Part shown: positions 1-10,041 of the stretch, one piece after another | Numbering within the stretch: the stretch's first letter is position 1 | Layout: each line of letters starts with the position of its first letter | Assembly (NCBI GenBank): GCA_036689225.1 | Contig: CP144768.1 | Location: 157,311 to 189,310, forward strand | Origin: Candidatus Saccharimonadota bacterium | GTDB lineage: Bacteria; Pseudomonadota; Gammaproteobacteria; Enterobacterales; Enterobacteriaceae | Direction of reading: 5' to 3' | DNA length: 32,000 nucleotides | Notes under the pieces: model-generated | Told to the model about the DNA's origin: nothing | Seen by the model: only the letters and a program-made list of their open reading frames with translations | Databases searched by the model: none | Position numbers and translations under genes: made by a program

Positions 1-229
1 ATTTATTCAAATTTACAGTTATAGAACCACTTTTTAAAAATTCTTTATTAGATAAAATTATACTATAATTAATTTCCATATCTAAATTAGTTACTATTAA
101 ATCTAATCTATTAAACTTTAATATTAATAAAATATTTGATAAAATAGGGTTTTTAGAAGAATTACTTACATAAGTATTAAATTTACTTAATAAAATAATT
201 ATTTTTTCTCTTTTTATTATAAAATTCAT
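1..229 (-). CDS. dnaN: DNA polymerase III beta sliding clamp, N-terminal part (gene continues off the left edge)
   Basis: The start ATG is the complement of 227-229. Hand translation MNFIIKREKIIILLSKFNTYVSNSSKNPILSNILLILKFNRLDLIVTNLDMEINYSI... aligns with the E. coli DnaN N-terminus (MKFTVEREHLL...LPILGNLLLQV...LSLTGTDLEMEM). Confidence 0.85.
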   Translation of the reverse strand, partial: MNFIIKREKIIILLSKFNTYVSNSSKNPILSNILLILKFNRLDLIVTNLDMEINYSIILSNKEFLKSGSITVNLNK

Positions 230-593
230 ATTACATTTTAATATTATATTAATTAAAACTATTAAAATAACTTTATTATAATATTATAAATATAAATTTA
301 TATAAAAATTTTAATTAATAAAATATAATATTATAATAAAAAATTAATTAAATAAAAAATAAAAATATTCTTTTAAAAAATACTTTAATAGTTACAAATA
401 TTCATAAAATAATATCCTATATTATATATAAAATCAATATTAATAATATATTTATATAAAATATAAAAATTAAATAAATTAATAACTTGTAATAAAAATA
501 TTGACATGCTAAACTCATATTTTAATAAATATTTATATTTAAAGTTTATAAATATTATTTTTTTTTTGAAATAATAAAAATTTAAAATAAAAT

Positions 594-728
594 ATGAAAA
601 GAACATTTCAACCATCAAAAATAAAAAGAAAAAATAAACATGGTTTTAGAAAAAGAATGAAAACAAAAAACGGAAGAAAAATTATCTCTTACAAAAGAAA
701 AAAAAATAAAAATAAAATATTTAAATAA
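594..728 (+). CDS. rpmH: 50S ribosomal protein L34
   Basis: ATG at 594 and TAA at 726-728 give 44 aa: [44 protein letters not shown]. This matches the L34 consensus [10 protein letters not shown]...HGFR.RM.T..GR. The gene was too short for the ORF track. Confidence 0.95.
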   Translation: MKRTFQPSKIKRKNKHGFRKRMKTKNGRKIISYKRKKNKNKIFK

Positions 729-1035
729 ATATTATAATAATAAAAATAAAATACATAATAATATAAAAATAAATAAATATAAATTTATATTAATAAAATA
801 TATAAATAATAATAAAAAAAATCCAAGAATAGGTATTTTAATTAAAAAAAAATATATTAAATTATCAACAACAAGAAATAAATTAAGAAGAATAATAAAA
901 GAAACATTTAGAATTAATCAATATAAAATAAAAAAATTAGATTATTTAATAATAATAAAAAAAAATATTTACTTATTAAAAAAAAAGTATTTATTTAATT
1001 ATTTTATTAAAATTTGAAAAAAATATTATATATAA
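721..1035 (+). CDS. rnpA: RNase P protein component (start codon unresolved)
   Basis: The frame containing [34 protein letters not shown] (from 820) matches the RnpA RNR motif region (PRIGLTVAKK...ERNRIKRL.RE.FR). It has one in-frame TGA (1015-1017) and ends at TAA 1033-1035. There is no in-frame ATG after the rpmH stop. The only in-frame ATG is at 640, inside rpmH; non-ATG candidates are TTA 721 and ATA 751. The position directly after rpmH is canonical. Confidence 0.8.
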
Positions 1036-1184
1036 AAATATAATAATAAAATATATTATATTATAAACAATAAAATTATATATAAATAAACAAAATATTT
1101 AACAAAATATTTTTAATATTATTAAATATTAAAATTTAAATTATATAATAAAAAAATGAAATCAATAATAAATTATAAATTTTT

Positions 1185-1763
1185 ATGATTATTAATAAAA
1201 TTTTAATAAATATATTAATTAAAATTGATAAATTAATAAATAATTTAGGTTATTCAATAATAATATTAACTATATTAATTAAAATTATTATTTATTCATT
1301 AGATAAAATTCAAAAAATATATAATTCAAAAATTAAAAAATCAAAATTAAAAACAAATAAAATAATACAAAAATATAAAAATAATAAAAATATATTAAAG
1401 AAAAAAATAAAAAAATTATATATAAAAAATATAATAAATTATTTACTTAGTTTATTATCTTTAATAATCAAAATAATAATATTAATATCTATAAATAATA
1501 TATTAACTATATCTAAAATATTTAAAAAAAAAAAATTCATATTATGAATAAATGATTTATCAAAATATGATAAATTTTATTTATTACCTACAATTACAAC
1601 AATATCTATATATTTAAATCAAGTAAATTATACAAAAAATAATAAATATAATAATATTATATTAATAATATTAATAAATTTATTTTTATTACATATTCCA
1701 AGTAGTTTATTAATATATTATACAACTAATAATTTAATAAATTTAATAAAAAAATATAACTAA
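1185..1763 (+). CDS. yidC: membrane protein insertase YidC, minimal core-only form (192 aa)
   Basis: Track ORF 1185-1547 continues through TGA 1545-1547 to TAA 1761-1763. GYSIIILTILIKIIIYSLDKIQ aligns with E. coli [37 protein letters not shown] aligns with WIHDLSAQDPYYILP. IPSSLLIYYTTNNLINLI aligns with FPSGLVLYYIVSNLVTII. The order rpmH-rnpA-yidC-mnmE is conserved. Confidence 0.85.
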
Positions 1764-1776
1764 AAATTTTTATAAA

Positions 1777-3174
1777 ATGAATAATTTAAAAGATACTATA
1801 TTAGCACAATCTACTCCAATTGGATATGGAGGTATAGGTATAATAAGAATATCTGGTAATAAAGTAAAAAAAATATTAAAAAAAATGTTTGGGAAAATAA
1901 CAAAAAATAGATATGCAACATATTTACCAATAAAAAATAAAAAAAACAAAATTATAGATTATGGAATAATTATATATTTTAAAAAACCTAATTCATATAC
2001 TGGAGAAGATATTTTAGAAATACATAGTCATGGAGGACAAAAAATAATAGAATTAATTATTAATTCTATAGTTAATTTAAATATAAAAAATATAAGAATA
2101 GCATATCCAGGAGAATTTACAGAAAGAGCATTTATAAATAAAAAAATAGATTTAATTCAAGCAGAATCTATAAATGAAATAATATATGCAAAATCAGAAA
2201 ATTTAATTTTTTCAGCTATAGAATCAATAAAAGGAAAATTATCAAATAAAATTAAAAATATTATAAATATAATAAAAATTAATATAATAAATATAGAAAA
2301 TGAAATTAATTTTTCCGAATCAGAAATAAATAAAAATTATATAAATATAATAAAAAAAAATATAATAAATATTTATAAAAAAATTAAAAAATTATATTTA
2401 AATATAAAACAAAATTTATCAAATATAAATATAATTAAAATAATTATTATTGGAAAACCAAATGTAGGAAAATCAAGTTTAATGAATTTAATAACATCTA
2501 AAAATACATCAATTGTAACAAATATAAAAGGTACAACAAGAGATATAATTAAAGAAAATATAAATATAAATAATAAAGATATTGAAATATTAGATACAAC
2601 AGGAATACATAAAACAAATAATAAAATAGAAAAAATAGGTATAAAAAAAACATGAAAAGAAATAAATAAATCAAATATAATAATATTTATAGATAACTCA
2701 TATGATATTTCAGAAAAAAATATAATTAATAAATACAAAAATAAAATATTAAAAAAAATAAAAAAAAATAATAAAATTCATATTTTATTACGTAATAAAA
2801 TTGATATAACAAAAGAAAAATTTTATATTACAAAAAAAAAAAATTATTTAATTATAAATATATCAATAAAAAAAAAAATAGGAATAAAAGAATTAATTAA
2901 AATAATAAAAAAAAAAACTAAAAATATAAATATACAAAATAATTTTTTAACAAAAAAAAGACACATAAATTTAATAAAATTATGTATTAAAGAATTTAAA
3001 AAAATTATAAATTTAATAAAACAATATAATTTTAATAAAAAAGTAAATTTAGATTTATTATATGAATATTTATTAAATAGTCAAAAATATTTATGTGAAA
3101 TTATAGGAAAAAATATAATTATTTCAGATGAAATTATAAAAAATATATTTTCAAATTTTTGTATAGGAAAATAA
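1777..3174 (+). CDS. mnmE: tRNA modification GTPase MnmE (TrmE)
   Basis: Track ORF 1777-2655 continues through TGA 2653-2655 to TAA 3172-3174 (465 aa). The N-terminus DTILAQSTPIGYGGIGIIRISG aligns with E. coli [22 protein letters not shown]. The G domain reads GKPNVGKSSLMN...GTTRD...DTTGI, and the C-terminus has the diagnostic FCIGK. Confidence 0.93.
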
Positions 3175-3207
3175 AATATATTTAAAATAAATATTTATTT
3201 TAAAAAA

Positions 3208-4161
3208 ATGTTTATAAAAATATTAAATAAAAATTTTAATAAAAGAATAGATATATTTTTATCAAAAAAAATAAAAAAATATTCAAGAAATAAAATACAA
3301 AAATTAATTAAAAATAATAAAATTTATTTAAATAAAAATATAGTAAATAAAAATAATACAAAAATATATCCTAATGATATAATTAAAATATATATAGAAA
3401 AAAAAAAAAAATATATTTACAAAAAAAATAAAAATATAAAATTAAATAAAATATATGAAGACAAATACATATTAATAATAAATAAAAAAAAAAATATTAT
3501 TGTACATCCTGGAGCAGGACATATAAATGATACTTTAGCTAATAAATTAATATATTTATATTCAAATTTAATTTATAAAGTACCAAGATGGGGAATAATA
3601 CATAGATTAGATAAAAATACAACAGGTTTATTAATAATAGCTAAAAAAAAAAAAAGTTATATTAAATTAAAAAAAAAATTAAAAAACCAAAAAATAATTC
3701 GTATATATAAAACTTTAGTATTCGGAAATATAAATAAATCAGGAATTATAAAAACATTTATAAAAAGAAATAAATATAACAGAAAAATAATGTCTGTAGA
3801 AAAAAAAGGTAAAAAAGCAATAACATATTTTAAAATTATAGAAAAATTTAATTCATTTACATTATTAGAAATAAAACTAAAAACTGGAAGAACACATCAA
3901 ATAAGAGTACATATGAATTATATAAATAATCCTATAGTAGGAGAAAAAATATATACAAAAAAAAATATAACAAATAAAAAAAAAATTTCTAAATTAATAA
4001 AAAAAAAAATTAAAAAATTAAATAATCAAGTATTACATGCATCAAAATTAATATTTAAACATCCTATAAAAAAAAATAAAATAATAATTAATTGTATTAT
4101 TCCTAAAAATATACTAGATTTAATTTTTTGATTAAGATTAGAAAAAAATAAAAATATTTAA
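3208..4161 (+). CDS. rluD: 23S rRNA pseudouridine synthase RluD (RluA family with S4 domain)
   Basis: Track ORF 3208-4131 reads through TGA 4129-4131 to TAA 4159-4161. Matching motifs are IVHPGAGH, VPRWGIIHRLDKNTTGLLIIAKK (E. coli [22 protein letters not shown]), GRTHQIRVHM and LHA..L.F.HP. Confidence 0.85.
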
Positions 4162-4583
4162 GAATTTAATTCTAATCATCTTTCTAAGATTAGAACAGCC
4201 GAAATAGTATGAATATCATAATTAGAATAGAAAGAATTATATAATTTAAAATTATTATTTATAAAATTTCTAGCAGCACAAGAAGTAAATCTTTCATCAG
4301 AAAAAAATATTTGTAAATTAAATTTATTAATTAAATTATTTGCAAATTTTTTTATATAAATTTTAATTAATTTACAACTATTATTTTTTAAATAATAATA
4401 AGGATAACCAACAACAGCTATTTTAATTAATCAAATATCTAATATTTTTTTAATATCCATTCAATTTACAGGTATGCCACGTTTAGCATTTATTGAAATT
4501 ATAGGACTAGCTGTTTTAGTATAAAATTGACCTATAGCAATACCTATATTTTTCATACCAAAATCAAAAGAAATAATAAACAT
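4158..4583 (-). CDS. ruvX: YqgF/RuvX family putative Holliday junction resolvase / pre-16S rRNA nuclease
   Basis: This gene is absent from the ORF track because of in-frame TGAs. The start ATG is the complement of 4581-4583 and the stop is the complement of 4158-4160 (141 aa). [48 protein letters not shown]...VVGYP...[13 protein letters not shown]...[11 protein letters not shown] aligns along its length with E. coli YqgF (LAFDFGTKSIGVAVGQ...GLPLNMDG...LHDERLSTVEAR...DSASAVIILESYF). Confidence 0.85.
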
Positions 4584-4724
4584 ATTACAAACAATAAATA
4601 AATTATAATTAAATATTTTATAATATTTAATTAAAAATAATATAAATAAATATATAATAACATATATATAAAAATAATTATAGCAAATTATAATATAATA
4701 AATCTATATAAAAGGATAAATTAT

Positions 4725-5717
4725 ATGAAAAAAATAATTTTTTTTAGTACAAAAAAATATGAAATAAAATATTTTAATTTAGTAAATAAAAAATATTCTT
4801 TTAATATAAAATATACAAAAAAACAATTAAACAAATATAATATAAATAAAGTAAAAAATTATAATCATATATGTATATTTGTAAATGATGATTTAACAAA
4901 TAAAAATATGATAATAAAATTAAAAAAATTTAATATAAAAACAATAGCATTAAGATGTACTGGATTTAATAATGTAAATTTAAAAGAAGCTAAAAAACAA
5001 AATATAAAAGTTATAAATGTAAAATCATATTCACCAGAATCTATAGCAGAATATACTATAGGATTAATACTTAATTTAAGTAGAAAAATATATATATCTT
5101 ATCAAAATACAAAAAATAAAAATTTTTCATTAAATAATTTAATAGGATTTAATTTAAAAAATAAAACCATAGGAATAATAGGAACAGGAAAAATAGGAAT
5201 GTTAGTAATTAAAATGTTAAAAAATTTTAATACTAAAATTTTAGCATATGATATTATAAAATCTCCTTATATAAATAAATATAAAGCAAAATATACAACA
5301 TTAGAAAATATATATTCTAAATCAGATATAATAAGTTTACATTGTCCATATAATAAATTAAATTATCATATGATTAATAAAAATACAATAAAAAAAATGA
5401 AAAATAATGTAATGATAATTAATACTAGTAGAGGTGAATTAATAGATACAAAATACATAATAAAAGCTATTAAAAAAAAAAAAATAGGATCAATTGCTAT
5501 TGATGTCTACGAAAATGAAAAAAAATATTTTTTTAATAATTTTTATTTTAATATTATTAAAGATGATAAATTAAATTTACTATTAAGTTATAATAATGTA
5601 TTACTAACTTCTCATCAAGCATTCTTAACAGATGATTCTTTATTAAATATAGCAAATATAACTTTAAGTAATATAAATAAAATTTGTTTAAAAAAAAAAT
5701 GTAATGATCTAATATAA
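4725..5717 (+). CDS. ldhA: D-lactate dehydrogenase / D-isomer-specific 2-hydroxyacid dehydrogenase
   Basis: This is a 330-aa uninterrupted ORF with AAGGA 8 nt upstream of the ATG. It is collinear with E. coli LdhA. ICIFVNDD is shared; IALRCTGFNNVNL aligns with IALRCAGFNNVDL; NFSLNNLIGF with NFSLEGLTGF. The NAD fold GIIGTGKIG is present; SLHCP..NYHMIN, NTSRGELID and VYENE..FF also match, and HQAFLT is shared. Confidence 0.88.
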   Translation: MKKIIFFSTKKYEIKYFNLVNKKYSFNIKYTKKQLNKYNINKVKNYNHICIFVNDDLTNKNMIIKLKKFNIKTIALRCTGFNNVNLKEAKKQNIKVINVKSYSPESIAEYTIGLILNLSRKIYISYQNTKNKNFSLNNLIGFNLKNKTIGIIGTGKIGMLVIKMLKNFNTKILAYDIIKSPYINKYKAKYTTLENIYSKSDIISLHCPYNKLNYHMINKNTIKKMKNNVMIINTSRGELIDTKYIIKAIKKKKIGSIAIDVYENEKKYFFNNFYFNIIKDDKLNLLLSYNNVLLTSHQAFLTDDSLLNIANITLSNINKICLKKKCNDLI

Positions 5718-5718
5718 A

Positions 5719-7086
5719 ATGTATAAACAAGGATTTAAAACAAAAATAAAAAATGATGATATTAAAAAAGGTATAAATAAAAATATTATAATTAAAATTT
5801 CAAAAAAAAGAAAAGAACCAAATTGAATGCTTAATTTAAGATTAAAAGCTTTTAATATATGAAAAAAAATGAAAGAACCAAAATGATTTAATGGAAAATA
5901 TAAAAAAATAAACTATAAAAAATATAAATATTATTCAGCACCAAAAAAAAATAATAATAAAATATTTAATAAAAAAATAAAAAATACATTTAATAAACTT
6001 GGAATATCTTTAAAAGAAAAAAAAAATAATATCGCAGTAGATGCAATATTAGATTCAATATCAGTTAAAACTACTTATAAAAAAAATCTTTTAAAATTAG
6101 GTATTATATTTTGTTCTATTAATGAAGCAATAAAAAAATATCCAAAATTAGTAAAAAAATATATTTGTAAAATAGTACCAATTAATGATAATTTTTTTTC
6201 TTCATTAAACACAGCAGTATTATCAGATGGAACATTTATATATATTCCAAAAAATACTCGTTGTCCAATAAATTTATCATCATATTTTAGAATAAATGCT
6301 AAAAATATAGGTCAATTTGAAAGAACTTTAATAATTTTACAAAAAAATAGTTATTTAAATTATACAGAAGGATGTTCTGCACCAGAAAGAAAAAAAAAAC
6401 AATTACATGCAGCAGTTGTAGAAATAATTTTATATGAAAATTCAGAAATAAAATATTCTACTATACAAAATTGATTTCCAGGAAATAAACTTAAACAAGG
6501 AGGAATATATAATTTTGTAACTAAAAGAGCATTATGTAAAGGAAAAAATAGTAAAATTTCTTGAATACAAATAGAAAAAGGAGCAAATATAACATGAAAA
6601 TATCCTAGTGCAATATTATTAGGAAATAAATCTATAGGTAATTTTTATTCTTTATCAATTACAAAATTAAATCAACAATCTGATACTGGAACAAAAATGA
6701 TACATATAGGAAAAAAAACAAAATCTATAATTTTTGCTAAAAGTATAGCCCAAGATAATAGTAAAAATACACATAGAAGTATTGTTAAAATATGTAAAAA
6801 ATCAAATAAATCTAAAAATTTTACACAATGCGATTCATTAATAATAGGTAAAAAATGTTCTACATATACAATACCAAATATACAATCAAATAATAAATAT
6901 TGTAATATAGAACATGAAGCTTATTCATCATATATTAAAAAAAATCAAATATTTTTTTTATTACAAAGAGGAATTAGTAAAAAAAATGCAAAATATATGA
7001 TTATAAATGGATTTTGTAAAAAAATATTAGATATGTTACCTTTAGAACATTCTTTAGAAATAAAATATAATTTATTTAAAAATTAA
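5719..7086 (+). CDS. sufB: Fe-S cluster assembly scaffold SufB
   Basis: ATG 5719 lies 1 nt after the ldhA stop. Several in-frame TGAs (for example 5824-5826) join to track ORF 6697-7086 (455 aa). SufB hallmarks are present: [48 protein letters not shown] and TKMIHIG. Confidence 0.93.
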
Positions 7087-7090
7087 AATT

Positions 7091-7849
7091 ATGTGTATAT
7101 TAAATATTAAAAATTTAAATATTAAAATTAAAAAAAAAAATATAATTAAAAATTTTAATTTAAAAATAAAAAAAAAAGAAATACATATTTTAATGGGACC
7201 TAATGGTTCCGGTAAAAGTACTTTATCTTTATCAATAGCAGGTAATAAAAAATATAAAATAACTAAAGGGAAAATATTATTTAATAAAAAAAATATAAAT
7301 AAAATTTCAATAGAAAAAAGAGCAAAAAAAGGATTATTTATTTCATTTCAAAATTCTATTGAAATACCAGGATTAAATAATGAATTTTTTTTACAAAAAT
7401 CTTTAAATTCAATAAGAAAATATAATAAAAAAAAAGAACTAAATTTAATAGAAACTAGAAAAAAAATATGTAAAATATTAAAAATATTAAATTTTTCTAA
7501 AAAATTTTTAAAAAGATCTTTAAATAAAGGTTTTTCTGGTGGAGAAAAAAAAAAAAATGATATACTTCAAATACTTTTATTAAAACCTAAAATAATTATA
7601 TTAGATGAAATAGATTCAGGATTAGATATTAATAGTTTAAATTTAATTTTAAAAATTATAAATAAATTAAAAAAAAAAAATAAATCTTTTTTAATAATAA
7701 CACATAATCCAAAAATTATTAAAAATCTTAATATAAATTATATTCATATTATATATAAAGGAAAAATAATTAAATCTACAAATAAAGATATTTCTAAAAT
7801 AATAGAAAAAAATGGTTACAAAAAATTTATTAAAAAAAAAAATAATTAA
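7091..7849 (+). CDS. sufC: Fe-S cluster assembly ATPase SufC
   Basis: This 252-aa ORF has Walker A GPNGSGKST, the ABC signature-like FSGGEKKKNDILQ and Walker B IIILDEIDSGLD. It sits between sufB and sufD. Confidence 0.93.
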   Translation: MCILNIKNLNIKIKKKNIIKNFNLKIKKKEIHILMGPNGSGKSTLSLSIAGNKKYKITKGKILFNKKNINKISIEKRAKKGLFISFQNSIEIPGLNNEFFLQKSLNSIRKYNKKKELNLIETRKKICKILKILNFSKKFLKRSLNKGFSGGEKKKNDILQILLLKPKIIILDEIDSGLDINSLNLILKIINKLKKKNKSFLIITHNPKIIKNLNINYIHIIYKGKIIKSTNKDISKIIEKNGYKKFIKKKNN

Positions 7850-8810
7850 AATTAAATCTATTAAAATAATTATTATAAATAATTATAAAATATATATAAA
7901 TAAAAATATAAATAAATTAATAAAAATAAAAATATTAAACATAAAAATAAAAAAACAAATAAATATTACTATATATAAAATATATAGTAAAAAAATACCA
8001 TTACATATTATATATTTCTATAAAAAAAATTATAAAGATAAATTTATATATAAAATAAATTTAAAAATTAAAAATAATAATAATATAAATATAATTGAAG
8101 AATATTATACATATAATAATAGTAAAAAAAAATATATAAATTATAATTTTAATATATATATAGGTAAAAATTCTAAAATAAATTATTTTAAAATAATTAA
8201 TTTAAATAAAAAAACACATTTTTTTTCTAAAAAAAATATAAAAATTAAAAAAAAATCTAAATTTTATGAAAATATATTTATAATAAAATGTAAAAAAATA
8301 AATATTAAAAATAAAATAAATTTATATAAAAATTCTTTAATTAATATTAATAATATTTCAATAATTAAAAAAAATACAATTCTTTTTTATAAAATACATA
8401 TTATACACAATAAATCAAATTCAAAAAGTTATCAAAAACATAAAAATATAATATTATCTTCAGGAATAATAAAATTTACAGGAATAATAACAATATTACA
8501 AAAATCATATAATTCAATTGCAATATTAGAAAATAATAATTTATGTTTTAATAAACCAAATTTAATTTTTACAAAACCACAATTAAATATAAAAAATAAA
8601 AAAACAAAATGTAAACATAAAATAACAATTAATAATCCTAATAAAAAAATATGTTTTTATTTATCTTGTAGAAGTTTAAATAAATATGAAATAAAAAAAA
8701 TATTATATATAATATTTATTAATGATATAATAAAAAAAATAAAAAATAAAATAATAAAAAAAAAAATATATAAAATAATATTAAAAAAATATAAAAAAAA
8801 TGATTTATAA
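7812..8810 (+). CDS. sufD: Fe-S cluster assembly protein SufD (highly diverged; start uncertain)
   Basis: This is a 332-aa ORF. The C-terminal part TKPQLNIKNKKTKCKHKITINNPNKKICFYLSCRSLNKYEIKKILYIIF aligns with E. coli SufD [49 protein letters not shown]. ATG 7812 overlaps sufC by 38 nt; later ATA/ATT starts are possible. Confidence 0.75.
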   Translation: MVTKNLLKKKIIKIKSIKIIIINNYKIYINKNINKLIKIKILNIKIKKQINITIYKIYSKKIPLHIIYFYKKNYKDKFIYKINLKIKNNNNINIIEEYYTYNNSKKKYINYNFNIYIGKNSKINYFKIINLNKKTHFFSKKNIKIKKKSKFYENIFIIKCKKINIKNKINLYKNSLININNISIIKKNTILFYKIHIIHNKSNSKSYQKHKNIILSSGIIKFTGIITILQKSYNSIAILENNNLCFNKPNLIFTKPQLNIKNKKTKCKHKITINNPNKKICFYLSCRSLNKYEIKKILYIIFINDIIKKIKNKIIKKKIYKIILKKYKKNDL

Positions 8811-10041
8811 TATAAAAAAAATAAGATTAGATTTTCCAATATTAAAAAAAAAAATAAATAATAAAAAAATAATATATTTAGATAATGCATCTACATCTCA
8901 AAAACCTAAAATTGTAATTAAAAATCAAACTAAATTTTATAGAAATTATTATTCTTCAGTAAATAGAAGTATATATACATTAAGTAATATAAATTCAAAT
9001 AAAATAGAAAATATAAGAATTAAAGTTGCAAAATTTATAAATGCAAAATCTCCTGAAGAAATAATATTTACCAATAATAGTACAGAATCATTTAATTTTT
9101 TATCATATAGTTTAACTAAAAAAAATGTTAAAAAAAAAGATAATATAATTATTTCAATAACAGAACATCATTCAAATATAATTCCATGATTTTTATTATC
9201 AAAAGAAATTGGATATAAAATTAAAATATTAAAAATAAATAAAAAAGGTTTTATAAATATAAATGATTTAAAAAAAAAAATAGACAAAAATACTAAAATA
9301 ATTTCAATAACACATATATCAAATATATTAGGTATTGAAAATCCTATAAAAAAAATAGTAAAAATTGCAAAAAAAAAAAATATTATAACTATAATAGATG
9401 GATCACAAGCAATATCTCATCTAAAAATAGATGTACAAAAAATAAATTGTAATTTTTATATATTTTCTGGACATAAAATGTATTCTCCTACAGGAACAGG
9501 TATAATATATGGTAAAAAAAAAAATTTAGATAATCTTAAATTATGAAAATCAGGAGGAGGAATTATATCAAATATAAATATAAAAAAATATAAAATAAAA
9601 AATATACAATTTATTAATTCACCATGAAAATTTGAATCAGGAACACCTAATATAGAATCTATTATAGGATTAGGTAATTCAATTGATTATATTAATAATA
9701 TAGGAATAAAAAATATTATAAAATATGAAAAAAAAATAATTAAATATACATTAAATAAACTTAAAAAAATTCCTAAAATTAAAATATATGGTGATAAAAA
9801 AAAAATTAGTATAATATCATTTAATATAAAAAATTATCATTGTTATGATTTAGGAATGTTATTAAATGAACATGGAATATTTATTAGAACAGGAAATCAA
9901 TGTGCAATTCCATTAATAAAATTATATAAAATACCAGGTATATGTAGATTATCAATAGCAATGTATACCTCTAAAAAAGATATTAATATTTTTATATATA
10001 AATTAAAAAAAATTATAAATTCAATAAAAAAAAATGTATAA
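8800..10041 (+). CDS. sufS: cysteine desulfurase SufS (PLP-dependent)
   Basis: Track ORFs 8800-9189 and 9856-10041 are in the same frame and joined through in-frame TGAs (413 aa). Matching motifs are YLDNASTSQKP, ITHISN, the PLP-lysine motif SGHKMY.PTGTG and the catalytic-Cys loop RTGNQCA (E. coli RAGHHCA). Confidence 0.92.

Noticed and set aside
501-530. TTGACA hexamer (501-506) about 88 nt upstream of rpmH, as a possible sigma-70 -35 element with AATAAA or TAATAA as a -10 at 16-17 nt spacing.
   Set aside because: The -10 candidates match only 3-4 of 6 positions, and TATAAT-like strings occur everywhere at this A+T content. The call cannot be separated from background without transcription start data.
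385-618. 77-aa minus-strand ORF in the dnaN-rpmH spacer (track entry).
   Set aside because: It is a pure Ile/Phe/Tyr/Asn/Lys low-complexity translation of AT-rich DNA. It overlaps the rpmH start and resembles nothing I recognise. ORFs like this arise by chance at this base composition.
2373-2738. 121-aa minus-strand ORF antisense to mnmE. The same pattern applies to 8657-8890 (antisense to sufD/sufS), 9897-10082 (sufS/sufE), 16001-16279 (leuS) and 29328-29579 (infC/rpmI).
   Set aside because: Each lies entirely antisense to a well-supported conserved gene and translates to Phe/Ile/Leu-rich low complexity, the mirror image of Lys/Asn/Ile codons. I treat them as shadow ORFs.
7812-7849. The 38-nt sufC/sufD overlap as a possible programmed frameshift or fusion.
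   Set aside because: sufC ends at a normal TAA with a complete C-terminus, and sufD has its own ATG plus in-frame ATA/ATT alternatives just downstream. Ordinary overlap or start-codon ambiguity explains it.
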